Shown piece by piece: positions 29,311-38,515 of a stretch of DNA of 64,000 nucleotides (within the stretch, counting starts at the first letter, position 1; every line of letters begins with the position of its first letter). The DNA lies in the NCBI GenBank assembly GCA_963662315.1, contig OY759353.1, positions 3,616,001-3,680,000 on the forward strand. The letters are read 5' to 3'. The DNA comes from Geopsychrobacteraceae bacterium (GTDB lineage Bacteria; Desulfobacterota; Desulfuromonadia; Desulfuromonadales; Geopsychrobacteraceae). Made by a program: the position numbers and the translations under genes. The notes under the pieces are model-generated. The model saw only the letters and a list, made by a program, of their open reading frames with translations. It had not been told where the DNA came from and did not search any database.

Positions 29311-29813
29311 AAGTTCTGATCCTGAAAAACGGTCCCGTTGTTTTGCTGTCATATCTTCTTAATTTTATTGGCAAATCGTCCGATAAGGAGATCTGGATCT
29401 TAAGCCATGAGCATGCTGTGGAAAATGTTCGTGCTCTGCGCTATGCCAGCCGGGTTGTGCCGTATCGGGCTAAGACGATCCTCGAGTATCGCAATCTTAC
29501 ACCTGAACAGAAAAAGGAGCTGAAGGCTCAGCAGTTTCAGGCGGTTTACTTTCTGATCAACCCGGATCAGGCGACGGGTTTTGAAAACCTGCTGGAGATT
29601 GCGCGTCAAATAGTGGTTCCCGGGGGTAAAGTGATCGGCATGACCTCGCAAGGAGAAGAAAGGGTTTTCAGTTCGCGGCTACTTGAGCTGATTCGCAAGC
29701 GGCAGCTACTGAGTAATGTGCTGGCGGGCTACGTCTTAGTCGGACTGGCAGTAATTGCTCCGTGGTTATTGATATATTCGTTGTTTAAAATGCACGGTCG
29801 AAAAGGTGCTTGA
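29304..29813 (+). CDS. Hypothetical protein with C-terminal TM segment
   Basis: Overlaps both neighbours; GT9-N-terminus-like pattern (ELKAQQFQAVYFL). Confidence 0.6.
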   Translation: MVKVLILKNGPVVLLSYLLNFIGKSSDKEIWILSHEHAVENVRALRYASRVVPYRAKTILEYRNLTPEQKKELKAQQFQAVYFLINPDQATGFENLLEIARQIVVPGGKVIGMTSQGEERVFSSRLLELIRKRQLLSNVLAGYVLVGLAVIAPWLLIYSLFKMHGRKGA

Positions 29814-30985
29814 TGCAGATACCGACATCTTATCAAAAGAAAACTTGTGCGATCTGCCGCGATTCGGCGACCGAAGAATTGTTTAAGGTCTCAGGAGAAT
29901 ATTTGGAAAACGAGACCGGAGATAGTTTGACCCTCGATCTAAACTATGTGGTTTGTCGGGACTGTGGTTTGGTGTTTACTGATCCACAGTTGGTTGATGC
30001 GAGTTGGCTGGCTTTTTATCGCGGCTGCCGTAACGGTTCCAATCAGGGGGAAAGTGAAGAGAACCTGTTGGCTCGTTACAACAGCGGACCGATTCGTCTG
30101 AGTCGTCAGTATGTTGAAGCGGGGCAGAGCGTACTTGATATTGGGTGCGGTGGTGGCGAATTTCTTTTCTACTTGCGACATCATTGCCAGTGTCGCCCTT
30201 ATGGCCTGGAAGTCTCTGAAATTCTTGCTGCGCAGGCTCGACAGCGATTTGGGCTTAAGGTGTTCATCGGAGTTTTGAATCACGTGGAGCTACCGCTGCG
30301 CAAGTACGATGTGATTTCTTTGATTCATGTCCTGGAACACATGCAGGACCCTCAACGAGCACTACTTGAGTTGAAAGATTTTTTAACAGAGGATGGAGTG
30401 CTGATACTGGCGGTCCCCTCAGTTTTCAAACCGTTAGGTGGAATTCGTAATATTTATTCTTCACACAATACTCTGTTTTCACCTGTAACACTTGCCAGAC
30501 TTTGCACTTTGGCAGGTTTTGAAATTGTCGATCAGGATACAAGTGCCGATATTGTATTTATATTGCGCCAGGCAAAGGTTGCAACTCCCCAGGCTGCGGG
30601 CAGTGATTATGAAAAAGTAAAATCCTTTGTTCCAAGATATGTCAAAGAAAACCTGGCGCGGGTTGAGCTGGTCGAAAAACGTTTACACGGCTATCTGCGG
30701 CATTGGCGGCAACAGCAATCGCAAGTTTATATCTGGGGGGGCGGAGAACATACCCGCAAGCTTTTTCGTCAATTCGATTTCTCAGGGGTGAATCTGCTTG
30801 GTATCATTGATTCCGATCCTGGCTGTTGGGGGCAAAAATGTTGTGGTTTGCAGGTTGTCGCTCCCGAATCAGGCTGTCGACAAGCTGTAGAAATTTTAGT
30901 TTCTTCCAATGCTTTTGAACAGGAAATCAGCGCGACGATTCGGAAGTTGAATCCTGCGATAGAGATAAGGACTCTGTACCATTGA
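29810..30985 (+). CDS. Class I SAM methyltransferase with Zn-finger N-terminus and C-terminal Rossmann domain
   Basis: CAIC..CRDCGLV, LDIGCGGG, HVLEH, IWGGG..IIDSDP. Confidence 0.85.
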   Translation: MMQIPTSYQKKTCAICRDSATEELFKVSGEYLENETGDSLTLDLNYVVCRDCGLVFTDPQLVDASWLAFYRGCRNGSNQGESEENLLARYNSGPIRLSRQYVEAGQSVLDIGCGGGEFLFYLRHHCQCRPYGLEVSEILAAQARQRFGLKVFIGVLNHVELPLRKYDVISLIHVLEHMQDPQRALLELKDFLTEDGVLILAVPSVFKPLGGIRNIYSSHNTLFSPVTLARLCTLAGFEIVDQDTSADIVFILRQAKVATPQAAGSDYEKVKSFVPRYVKENLARVELVEKRLHGYLRHWRQQQSQVYIWGGGEHTRKLFRQFDFSGVNLLGIIDSDPGCWGQKCCGLQVVAPESGCRQAVEILVSSNAFEQEISATIRKLNPAIEIRTLYH

Positions 30986-32145
30986 GCATGCTAACAAAAA
31001 AAATTCTGATGTTGGTTCCTTCCCCTTTTTTTGCCGACCGGGGTTGTCATGTGCGCATTTACGAGGAATTTAAGGCGTTGCGTAAACGAGGGCATCAGGT
31101 CCGTTTGCTGACCTATCATCTTGGTCGTGACCTGGCGGATGTCAAGGTTGACAGGACCATTAATGTTCCCTGGTACCGCAAGGAAGAAGCCGGTCCTTCG
31201 GTTCATAAGCTTTATCTTGATCTGTTTCTTCTGGCCAAGGCGTTATGGCTGATGGTGAGATTCAAGCCCGATCTTATTCACGCCCATCTGCATGAAGGAG
31301 CTTTTGTCGGCCGGATACTAGGGTTGCTGTTCAGAGTTCCCTTGGCGTTTGACTTTCAGGGGAGCTTGCTGGCTGAACTGCAGGATCATGGTGTCGCCCG
31401 GGGCGGGCTGCTGGCAAAGCTTGTTACTGTGGTAGAACGCTGGATAACCCGTGGTTGCGGTGTGGTCTTCACCAGTTCTGCCCAGGCGAAAGCGTTACTT
31501 CATGACTCTTTTGCCTGCCCTGCGTCACAGGTTGTAAATGTTCCTGATGGTATCGACCCACAGCGCAAGCCTGGGAATAGCACCGCGGTGAGGGCTTCTC
31601 TCGGTATCCCTGAATCGGCCAAGGTTGTCGTTTATATGGGGACCCTGAATCAATTGGAAGGCGCAGATTTACTGATCGACATTGCTGCTGAGGTGTGTCG
31701 TAAAACTGAACATGCCCATTTTCTGGTCATTGGTTACCCGAATGTTGATCACTATCGTCATTTGGCAGCCCTTAAGGATTTGTCGGCGCGGATGACATTT
31801 ACCGGGCGGGTTCCCCATGAGGAAACCTTCGCATTGCTTGGTTTGAGCGATGTTGCCATCTCCCCTAAAATCTCCCGGACCGAGGGGAATCTCAAGCTCT
31901 GTTACTACATGCAAAGTGGTTTGCCGACGGTTGTTTTTGATAACGATGTCAATCGTGAGCTGCTTGGGGAATATGGTTATTACGCCCCCGATCAGGACTG
32001 GTGGAAAATGGCCCACGAGGTAGTGGCCTTGGTTTCAGGTTACTACGATATTGATCGGGATGCCATCAGGCAACAGGTGCTGAATAACTATTCCATGGAC
32101 CGCCTGGTGGAACTGATTGAGGAGGGGTATGAGCGCATCCTTTGA
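30982..32145 (+). CDS. Glycosyltransferase family 4
   Basis: PDLIHAHLHEG, YMGTL..EG, EGNLKL..YM..GLPTV. Confidence 0.88.
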   Translation: MSMLTKKILMLVPSPFFADRGCHVRIYEEFKALRKRGHQVRLLTYHLGRDLADVKVDRTINVPWYRKEEAGPSVHKLYLDLFLLAKALWLMVRFKPDLIHAHLHEGAFVGRILGLLFRVPLAFDFQGSLLAELQDHGVARGGLLAKLVTVVERWITRGCGVVFTSSAQAKALLHDSFACPASQVVNVPDGIDPQRKPGNSTAVRASLGIPESAKVVVYMGTLNQLEGADLLIDIAAEVCRKTEHAHFLVIGYPNVDHYRHLAALKDLSARMTFTGRVPHEETFALLGLSDVAISPKISRTEGNLKLCYYMQSGLPTVVFDNDVNRELLGEYGYYAPDQDWWKMAHEVVALVSGYYDIDRDAIRQQVLNNYSMDRLVELIEEGYERIL

Positions 32146-33436
32146 GACAGGAATCGTCCGGGTCGGGTGGGGCGCTGGAATGATCGCTCAAGGCTTGCTG
32201 CCAAGCGAGCCGGAAGCCTACCACTATCTGGTCGATAGTGATGAGCGCAAATGGGGGCAGTCCCTGGCAGGAGTAACTATTTGTTCTCCGGATAAATTGC
32301 TGCAGGAAGACCCTGCTTGTCTGCAACTAAAAATATTCTCTTCCAGCTGGGCGCAGATTTGTGAACAATTGCTGCAGATGGGGTTTTCAGAAGCATTTGT
32401 CCGTGATCAGGTCGAGAAGCCTCAGACGGCCTCATCACCGGAGTTTCTGTCCAATCTGCAACGCTTACAGCAGGACTGTCTGAAAAACGTTGAGGTGAGT
32501 TCCTTTCCGCTTAATCTTAACTTTGACATTACCAATATCTGCAATCTGCGTTGTCCACTGTGTCCGACGGGGCAGAATGATAAACGCTATCCACGGGGGC
32601 AGATGGCTTTTGCCGACTTCAAGAAGATTATGGACGAAGTGGGCGTCTATGCTTCCGATATTTATCTGTTCAACTGGGGCGAAGCCTTTCTCAACCAGGA
32701 TGTGTTTCGTATGATCGCCTATGCGCGGGAGAATTTCTCCTGCCGGGTGACGATTTCGAGCAACTTCAATACCATCACGGCGACCCAAATTGACCAGCTC
32801 GCAGCCAGTAGCCTCGATTTTCTATCCTTGTCCATTGATGGCGCCAGTCAGGAAAGTTACAGCCGCTACCGGGTTGGCGGAGATCTGGCGCAGGTATTGC
32901 GGAACATTGATCTGTTGCAACAGCGTAAACAGGCAATGGGTAACCGTCTCCCCGTGATTGAGTGGCGTTATCTGGTCAATGCCTACAACGACAGTGCTGA
33001 GGAAATTGCCCTGGCCCGAAAAATGGCTGAAGACAGAGGGTTAATCTTTAACCTTGGGATGATTCATGTCGATATGGGTAAAGAGATCGAGGAAGGGCTG
33101 GAAAAACAACTTCAGCAGGATGGACACTGGATCTCCCGTAATCACAGTGACACATACTGTGCTTATGATTTTAACCATTTTGAGCGCAAAGAGAAAAAAG
33201 CCGAGTGTACGATTCCCTGGCGGATCGCCTACATAAACTGGAATGGTGACCTGGCCCCCTGTTGCGGTCTCTACGACCCGAAGTACACTCTCGGCAATGT
33301 TTTGACCGATTCGTTTGCCAGGGTCTGGAATGGTGAAAAGATTCAGTTGGCAAGGAAAATTCTTATTGATCCCGAAACGGTAGCGCATAGCCAGCATATT
33401 TGCGCCCGTTGCAGACGGGGTGGGTTTATCGTCTAA
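32117..33436 (+). CDS. Radical SAM/SPASM protein with N-terminal Rossmann-like domain
   Basis: CNLRCPLC, FNWGE, CTIPW..NGDLAPCC..CARC; start uncertain. Confidence 0.88.
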   Translation: MRRGMSASFETGIVRVGWGAGMIAQGLLPSEPEAYHYLVDSDERKWGQSLAGVTICSPDKLLQEDPACLQLKIFSSSWAQICEQLLQMGFSEAFVRDQVEKPQTASSPEFLSNLQRLQQDCLKNVEVSSFPLNLNFDITNICNLRCPLCPTGQNDKRYPRGQMAFADFKKIMDEVGVYASDIYLFNWGEAFLNQDVFRMIAYARENFSCRVTISSNFNTITATQIDQLAASSLDFLSLSIDGASQESYSRYRVGGDLAQVLRNIDLLQQRKQAMGNRLPVIEWRYLVNAYNDSAEEIALARKMAEDRGLIFNLGMIHVDMGKEIEEGLEKQLQQDGHWISRNHSDTYCAYDFNHFERKEKKAECTIPWRIAYINWNGDLAPCCGLYDPKYTLGNVLTDSFARVWNGEKIQLARKILIDPETVAHSQHICARCRRGGFIV

Positions 33437-33483
33437 CTGCTTTAATTGATAGCCATAGTCAATTTTCTAAGGAGGAATTCAAT

Positions 33484-34383
33484 ATGAAGGCAATTATTCT
33501 TATTGTGTGTAGCTTTTTTGTTTTAAGCCAAGTTGCATTTGCAGATACAGCAACATCGTTATTGATTCATTCAAATACCTTTAGTGGAGATACTTCTTTC
33601 GAAGATAGCTCAATTAATCACCATAACATAACTGTACATGGTGATGTTTTTCACACGAGTAACACATTTGTATTTGGTGGTTCATCCCTGGTTTTCGCAG
33701 GGGAGGATTGGTTGAGTTTGGCTTATGATGACGCTTTTAATTTTGGAACAGACGATTTTACTATCGATTTTTGGGTAAATTTAGCGGTACCGCTGGAAGA
33801 CAGTTTTCCGGTTAGAATTATTGGCTTTGGTAGCCAATCTTCAGGAGAGTATTTTTCTGTTGGGATAGGGAGGAAAACAGGTGGATTGGTTGATAAAGAG
33901 GGAGGACTTGTTCTGTCTAGTAATTTCGGAAGTTGGAGTAATTATGGTTCTTCCGAAATGGGAGTGATACCAGTAAATAACTGGGTTCATTTCGCATTAG
34001 TGAGAAAAAGTAGTGTATTGTACTTTTTTAAAAATGGACAATTGTATGGTACTGAAGCGTGCAACCAAAACTTAGTTTTTACAGATGGAATAACTATTGG
34101 AAAAGGAAATCAAATTGATGGAGACCAAGGGTACCTTGATGGATATATTGATGAATTGAGAGTTTTACGTGGCGTTGCTCAATGGACTGAAAGTTTTGAG
34201 GTGCCCACATCTGCTTACTCTTATGAATGTATAGATGGTGGCGATTTTAATGGGGATGGCGTTGTCGATATAAATGATTTACTTGCAAAACAAGCAGATG
34301 TTACAGAAAAAATTAAAGTCATACAGGATGATTTTAATTTTTGGATTAATAATTGTTGGTCAGGAAGTAACTTGTGTCAATAA
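33484..34383 (+). CDS. Secreted LamG/ConA-like jellyroll protein with dockerin-like Ca-binding motif
   Basis: Signal peptide ..VAFA; FGTDDFTIDFWV, WVHFALVR, GYIDELRV; GDFNGDGVVDINDL; RBS aaggagg. Confidence 0.8.
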   Translation: MKAIILIVCSFFVLSQVAFADTATSLLIHSNTFSGDTSFEDSSINHHNITVHGDVFHTSNTFVFGGSSLVFAGEDWLSLAYDDAFNFGTDDFTIDFWVNLAVPLEDSFPVRIIGFGSQSSGEYFSVGIGRKTGGLVDKEGGLVLSSNFGSWSNYGSSEMGVIPVNNWVHFALVRKSSVLYFFKNGQLYGTEACNQNLVFTDGITIGKGNQIDGDQGYLDGYIDELRVLRGVAQWTESFEVPTSAYSYECIDGGDFNGDGVVDINDLLAKQADVTEKIKVIQDDFNFWINNCWSGSNLCQ

Positions 34384-34436
34384 GAGTCTTTTCCTGGGAA
34401 GGAAAGTTTTTTTAATAAAGAATTACGAAAGGAGGA

Positions 34437-35576
34437 TTGGTGCTATCTATTTCAGATTGGAAAAATTGCTTTCGGGCGTATGACGATTTTATTCAGCAAC
34501 ATGATTCTTTTTCGATATATGGAACTGGTGCGGGGGCAGATTATGTAACAGCTCTTTTGCGTAAGGAAGGTAAGAATATAGAGCGTTATTTTGATTCCTA
34601 TAAGACCAGTGGTGAAAAAAATAGTTTGCCTGTATGTCATTCAAGCGAATTGAAGCATGAAGAAAAAATAATTATAGCAAGCTCTTTTTCTGCGGAAATT
34701 TCAGAGTACCTAGAGCGTAATAATTTCTCTTTTGGCAAAGATTATATTGCCCTGCCCACAGTTGCAAAAGACTATGAACTCCAGAAATTTATTAAAGTGA
34801 ATATAACCCAGTTCACTGCTTTTAGTACTAGTTTAAGTGATTTGAATAGCAAAAATAACTGGTCAAACTATCTTCTCCACCTGTTTTCCAGCGGGGTCTT
34901 ACCAAAAAATTATAATCAGCGCACTGAAAAGGTCGCCAGTGAAATAGCTGACTATGTCGATTTTGTTGATCATAAGTTTCTGACGCCGCTTTTTCAGGAC
35001 CGTGCCTATGTGTATTCAGATACGCTCGGACCGGTCGCGGGGGATACAATTTTTGATGTAGGTGGTTTTTGTGGCGATACGGCAATGCTGTTCCAGCATC
35101 AGACCGCCGGGGAGGCGGTTATCTATGTTTTTGAACCCGTTGCCAGTTCTTTTGAACGGATTAATCGCATAGCGGAACGTTATACCAATATCCACGCGGT
35201 CCCCTTTGGATTGTGGAACGAGAACTGTCAAAAAATGATGGTTGTTAACCACGAGCGTCTTGATATTGCAGCCGTAGCAGAATGTTCGGCGGGCGACGAG
35301 CAGGTCACGCTGATGCGGTTGGATGATTTTTGTATCCAGAATGAAGTTCCATGCGTCAATTTTATCAAGATTGATGTTGAAGGGGGCGAGTTGGCAGTGC
35401 TTCAGGGCGCAGAGGAAACTTTGCGAAAGAGCAAGCCAAAGTTGGCTGTAGCTGCTTACCACGACTATTCGGATTTATTGGAGATTTGGGCTTACCTTCA
35501 GCAGTTGAGCTATAAGGACTTCTATTTTAAACATTATGGACGGGCCATGAACGATTATGTCCTGTTTGCGGGATAA
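34437..35576 (+). CDS. FkbM-family methyltransferase with N-terminal Rossmann-like domain
   Basis: FDVGGFCGD, FEP, IKIDVEGGELAVLQGA, KPKLAVAAYH. Confidence 0.9.
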   Translation: MVLSISDWKNCFRAYDDFIQQHDSFSIYGTGAGADYVTALLRKEGKNIERYFDSYKTSGEKNSLPVCHSSELKHEEKIIIASSFSAEISEYLERNNFSFGKDYIALPTVAKDYELQKFIKVNITQFTAFSTSLSDLNSKNNWSNYLLHLFSSGVLPKNYNQRTEKVASEIADYVDFVDHKFLTPLFQDRAYVYSDTLGPVAGDTIFDVGGFCGDTAMLFQHQTAGEAVIYVFEPVASSFERINRIAERYTNIHAVPFGLWNENCQKMMVVNHERLDIAAVAECSAGDEQVTLMRLDDFCIQNEVPCVNFIKIDVEGGELAVLQGAEETLRKSKPKLAVAAYHDYSDLLEIWAYLQQLSYKDFYFKHYGRAMNDYVLFAG

Positions 35577-35582
35577 CATAGA

Positions 35583-37094
35583 ATGCAGACAATTCGGCTT
35601 GCTATTTTTCATTGCTGCGCAATTCATTATATTGAAGCTTTCCTGGAAAAGTTGCTTCCTGAGCTGGAACTCAGGCATGGCGCCCAGCAAATTGAAAAAA
35701 CAGTAATAACCTGCTATGCCAATCAGGACAGTTTTCTGGCGGCAGGATATGATGATGTGATCCATTATCCTTACCGCAAGCATTTTAGCGTGGACCATAC
35801 CCCGGATAGCTTTTTTACCGAGGTGAATGACCGCAAGTTCGATTATCTGATCTATTTTTGTGACAAGCAACTGCCCTATCCGCAGAGTAACCTGCGGCCG
35901 TTCATCGAAAAGTTTAATGCACGGAATTTTATTCCTTTTAATACCAAGGGTTATCGGATTGAATTACCTGAGGTGATTAGAACGCAACTTACCGCTTTCG
36001 GTGATCGTCCTTTGGATAATTTGCCCAGTCCTCGAGCGGTCGCCATCTGTACCACCGACTTCTGTAGTGCCGATTGCAGTTTTTGCTGTCTGAAGACGCA
36101 AGGCGTGCAGCCGCATGACAACATTCTTTCCTTTGCGGATTTTAAGCGTTATTACCCCCAGGTTTTGGAGCAGGTTGACCATATTGATTTCTCCCTTGGG
36201 GAAATCTTTACCAACCCTGAGGCAGGTCTGATCCTTGACTATGTCATTGATCACTACCCTGAGAAAAAGATTTCTATTTACACCAATGCCATTGGTTTGA
36301 AAGAAACCTTTGCCGAACAAATTTTGGCGGCGCCCCAGGATTTTGAACTTGATATTTCGATTAACGCTACGACGGCAGAAACCTATCGTAAAGAAATGCA
36401 GGTCGATGCCTTTAAACGTGTTCTTGAAAATATTGATTACCTAACGCGTCGTCGTGCTGAGTTGGGACTGGAAAAAAGCAAGAAAGTTGTTTTCTCATAT
36501 CTGATCAGCAACGCTTCTTTGGAAGAATATCCTGCAGTTTTGGATCTGATAGAGCGCTATCGTATTGATGGCCTGATCCCCCGGATTATGAAAATCTACG
36601 ATAAACAGTCCTATGCCAAGTCAGTTTATTTCAATCAGCAGCGTTATAATGACCTGGTTGCCCAGGTTGAAACGGAAGCCGCAAAGCGTGGGCTGAATTT
36701 TTCACGTGCCCCGCGCTTCAGCGGTAATTTGCGTTTAACTCCTCTGGATCGTTCTTTGGGCACGCAGATTAAATGTGATTCTCCCTGGGCCTTGCTTTAT
36801 TTACGTACCAACGGGGATGTCAGCTTGTGTGCCAACTGGAACTTTCACATCGGCAATATCCGCAGGCAATCTTTTGCTGAAATATGGAACGGTGAGCGCG
36901 CACGTAAGGTTCGTCAGGACATTATCCATGGTGATAACCCGCGGGAGTGCTGGGCTTGCGAATGCAATTTTGCTGAAGAGAATTGGATCGATTCACTGGC
37001 ATACCATTTTGTCTGGGGATTTCAGGAGCACCTGATGGATGTTCGTTTTAATGACGATTATGGATATCGTAAACCGGGAGATTTCAACGCATGA
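35583..37094 (+). CDS. Radical SAM/SPASM protein with N-terminal extension
   Basis: CSADCSFC; CDSPW..NGDVSLC..IGNI..ECWAC. Confidence 0.88.
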   Translation: MQTIRLAIFHCCAIHYIEAFLEKLLPELELRHGAQQIEKTVITCYANQDSFLAAGYDDVIHYPYRKHFSVDHTPDSFFTEVNDRKFDYLIYFCDKQLPYPQSNLRPFIEKFNARNFIPFNTKGYRIELPEVIRTQLTAFGDRPLDNLPSPRAVAICTTDFCSADCSFCCLKTQGVQPHDNILSFADFKRYYPQVLEQVDHIDFSLGEIFTNPEAGLILDYVIDHYPEKKISIYTNAIGLKETFAEQILAAPQDFELDISINATTAETYRKEMQVDAFKRVLENIDYLTRRRAELGLEKSKKVVFSYLISNASLEEYPAVLDLIERYRIDGLIPRIMKIYDKQSYAKSVYFNQQRYNDLVAQVETEAAKRGLNFSRAPRFSGNLRLTPLDRSLGTQIKCDSPWALLYLRTNGDVSLCANWNFHIGNIRRQSFAEIWNGERARKVRQDIIHGDNPRECWACECNFAEENWIDSLAYHFVWGFQEHLMDVRFNDDYGYRKPGDFNA

Positions 37095-38515
37095 AGGTCT
37101 GTGTGATTAATCCCCCCTGGGAAACGGATAAAGGTTATGGTGCCCGTAGTAACTGTCGCTGGCCCCATGTTGAAACCACCCGATTTACTCACTTTCCCAT
37201 TTACCTCGGTTATACAGTCGCTCTTCTGGAGCAGGGGGGTATCGAGACCTGTGTCCTCGACTGTGCCACGGATAGCCTGGACAGTGACGGGATGATGAAG
37301 ACTCTTGAACAAGAGCAACCCGACTTGTGTTTGCTCGAGGTATCAACTCCGACCATCTTCCAGGATTTAGCCAACGGGCAAAGAATTAAGCAGGAGCTTG
37401 GGAGTAAGGTGATCCTGATGGGAGCCCATGCAACTGTTTTTGACCAGCAGCTGTTGCGTGACAATTCCTGGCTTGACGGTATTATCCGGGGTGAGTTTGA
37501 GCAAACGGCATTAGAGATATGTCTTAAACCCTGGAGTGAAGTTTTAAGTTTTACCTTTCGCAGTGGCACTGAGGTTATCAAAAATCCTGAACGAACCGAA
37601 TTCCTGGATCTGGATGAGCTCCCTTATCCGGCCTGGGATAAGTTCGATCTGTCGTCTTATGATTGGGCGCTTTTGCCATCGCCAGCCATGCTGACGATTG
37701 CGACGCGGGGCTGTCCTTTCCAATGCAGTTATTGCCTGTGGCCCCAGCTCATGTATGGGCATAAACAACGGCGCCGCAGTCCGAAAGGTCTGTGTGATGA
37801 AATTGAATTCATGCAGAAGAAGTATGGTATCAAAGGATTGCGTTTTGATGATGACACCTTTGCCCTGCATGCTGATTATGTTCGCGAAATCTGCCATGAA
37901 TTGATCAACAGGGGCCTGAACAAAACTATCCAGTTCAGTTGTTTCGGCCATACCTCACAGCCTGATGAGGATCTGTATCGCTTGATGAAAGAGGCCGGTT
38001 TTATTCAGATCGATTTTGGTATCGAAACGGGTTCCTCTGTCGTTCTGGATGGTCTCAAGAAGGGGACCTATATAGAGAATGCCCGCAAAACGATTGCCAT
38101 CTGCCGGAGCCTGGGTATTGAAACCTATGGGACCTATATGATGGGTTTTCCCGACGAAACGGAAGACGATATCCGCCAGACTCTCAACCTCGCGTTGGAG
38201 CTTGATACCGATTTCATGCAGGTCAGTTATGTTTTGCCCTATCCAGGGACAAAAATTTTTACTGAATGTGAGCAGCGCGGCTACTTGGCTTACGGTAATG
38301 ACTGGGAGCGCTATGATGGCACCGAGCCGGTAATCATCAACAAAGTCCCACGTGAAAAACTGATGAAACTCTATAAACGTTTCTGGAGCCGATATTTTTT
38401 AAGACCACGTTATGTGATCTATTTTTTCCGTAAATCATTTCAGTCTTTCCGCGATTTCCGCAAGGCAGTGAGCGGTGTTTTCTATATTTTTAGGAAGGTG
38501 CTGAAGATTGCCTGA
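37091..38515 (+). CDS. B12-binding radical SAM protein
   Basis: INPP..GAHATV..RGEFE; TRGCPFQCSYC; DDDTF; GIETGS. Confidence 0.9.
   Translation: MKVCVINPPWETDKGYGARSNCRWPHVETTRFTHFPIYLGYTVALLEQGGIETCVLDCATDSLDSDGMMKTLEQEQPDLCLLEVSTPTIFQDLANGQRIKQELGSKVILMGAHATVFDQQLLRDNSWLDGIIRGEFEQTALEICLKPWSEVLSFTFRSGTEVIKNPERTEFLDLDELPYPAWDKFDLSSYDWALLPSPAMLTIATRGCPFQCSYCLWPQLMYGHKQRRRSPKGLCDEIEFMQKKYGIKGLRFDDDTFALHADYVREICHELINRGLNKTIQFSCFGHTSQPDEDLYRLMKEAGFIQIDFGIETGSSVVLDGLKKGTYIENARKTIAICRSLGIETYGTYMMGFPDETEDDIRQTLNLALELDTDFMQVSYVLPYPGTKIFTECEQRGYLAYGNDWERYDGTEPVIINKVPREKLMKLYKRFWSRYFLRPRYVIYFFRKSFQSFRDFRKAVSGVFYIFRKVLKIA

Noticed and set aside
26674..37094. SPASM radical SAM enzymes as RiPP maturases
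   Set aside because: No precursor ORF, PqqD-like domain, peptidase or exporter was seen, and the context is sugar modification.
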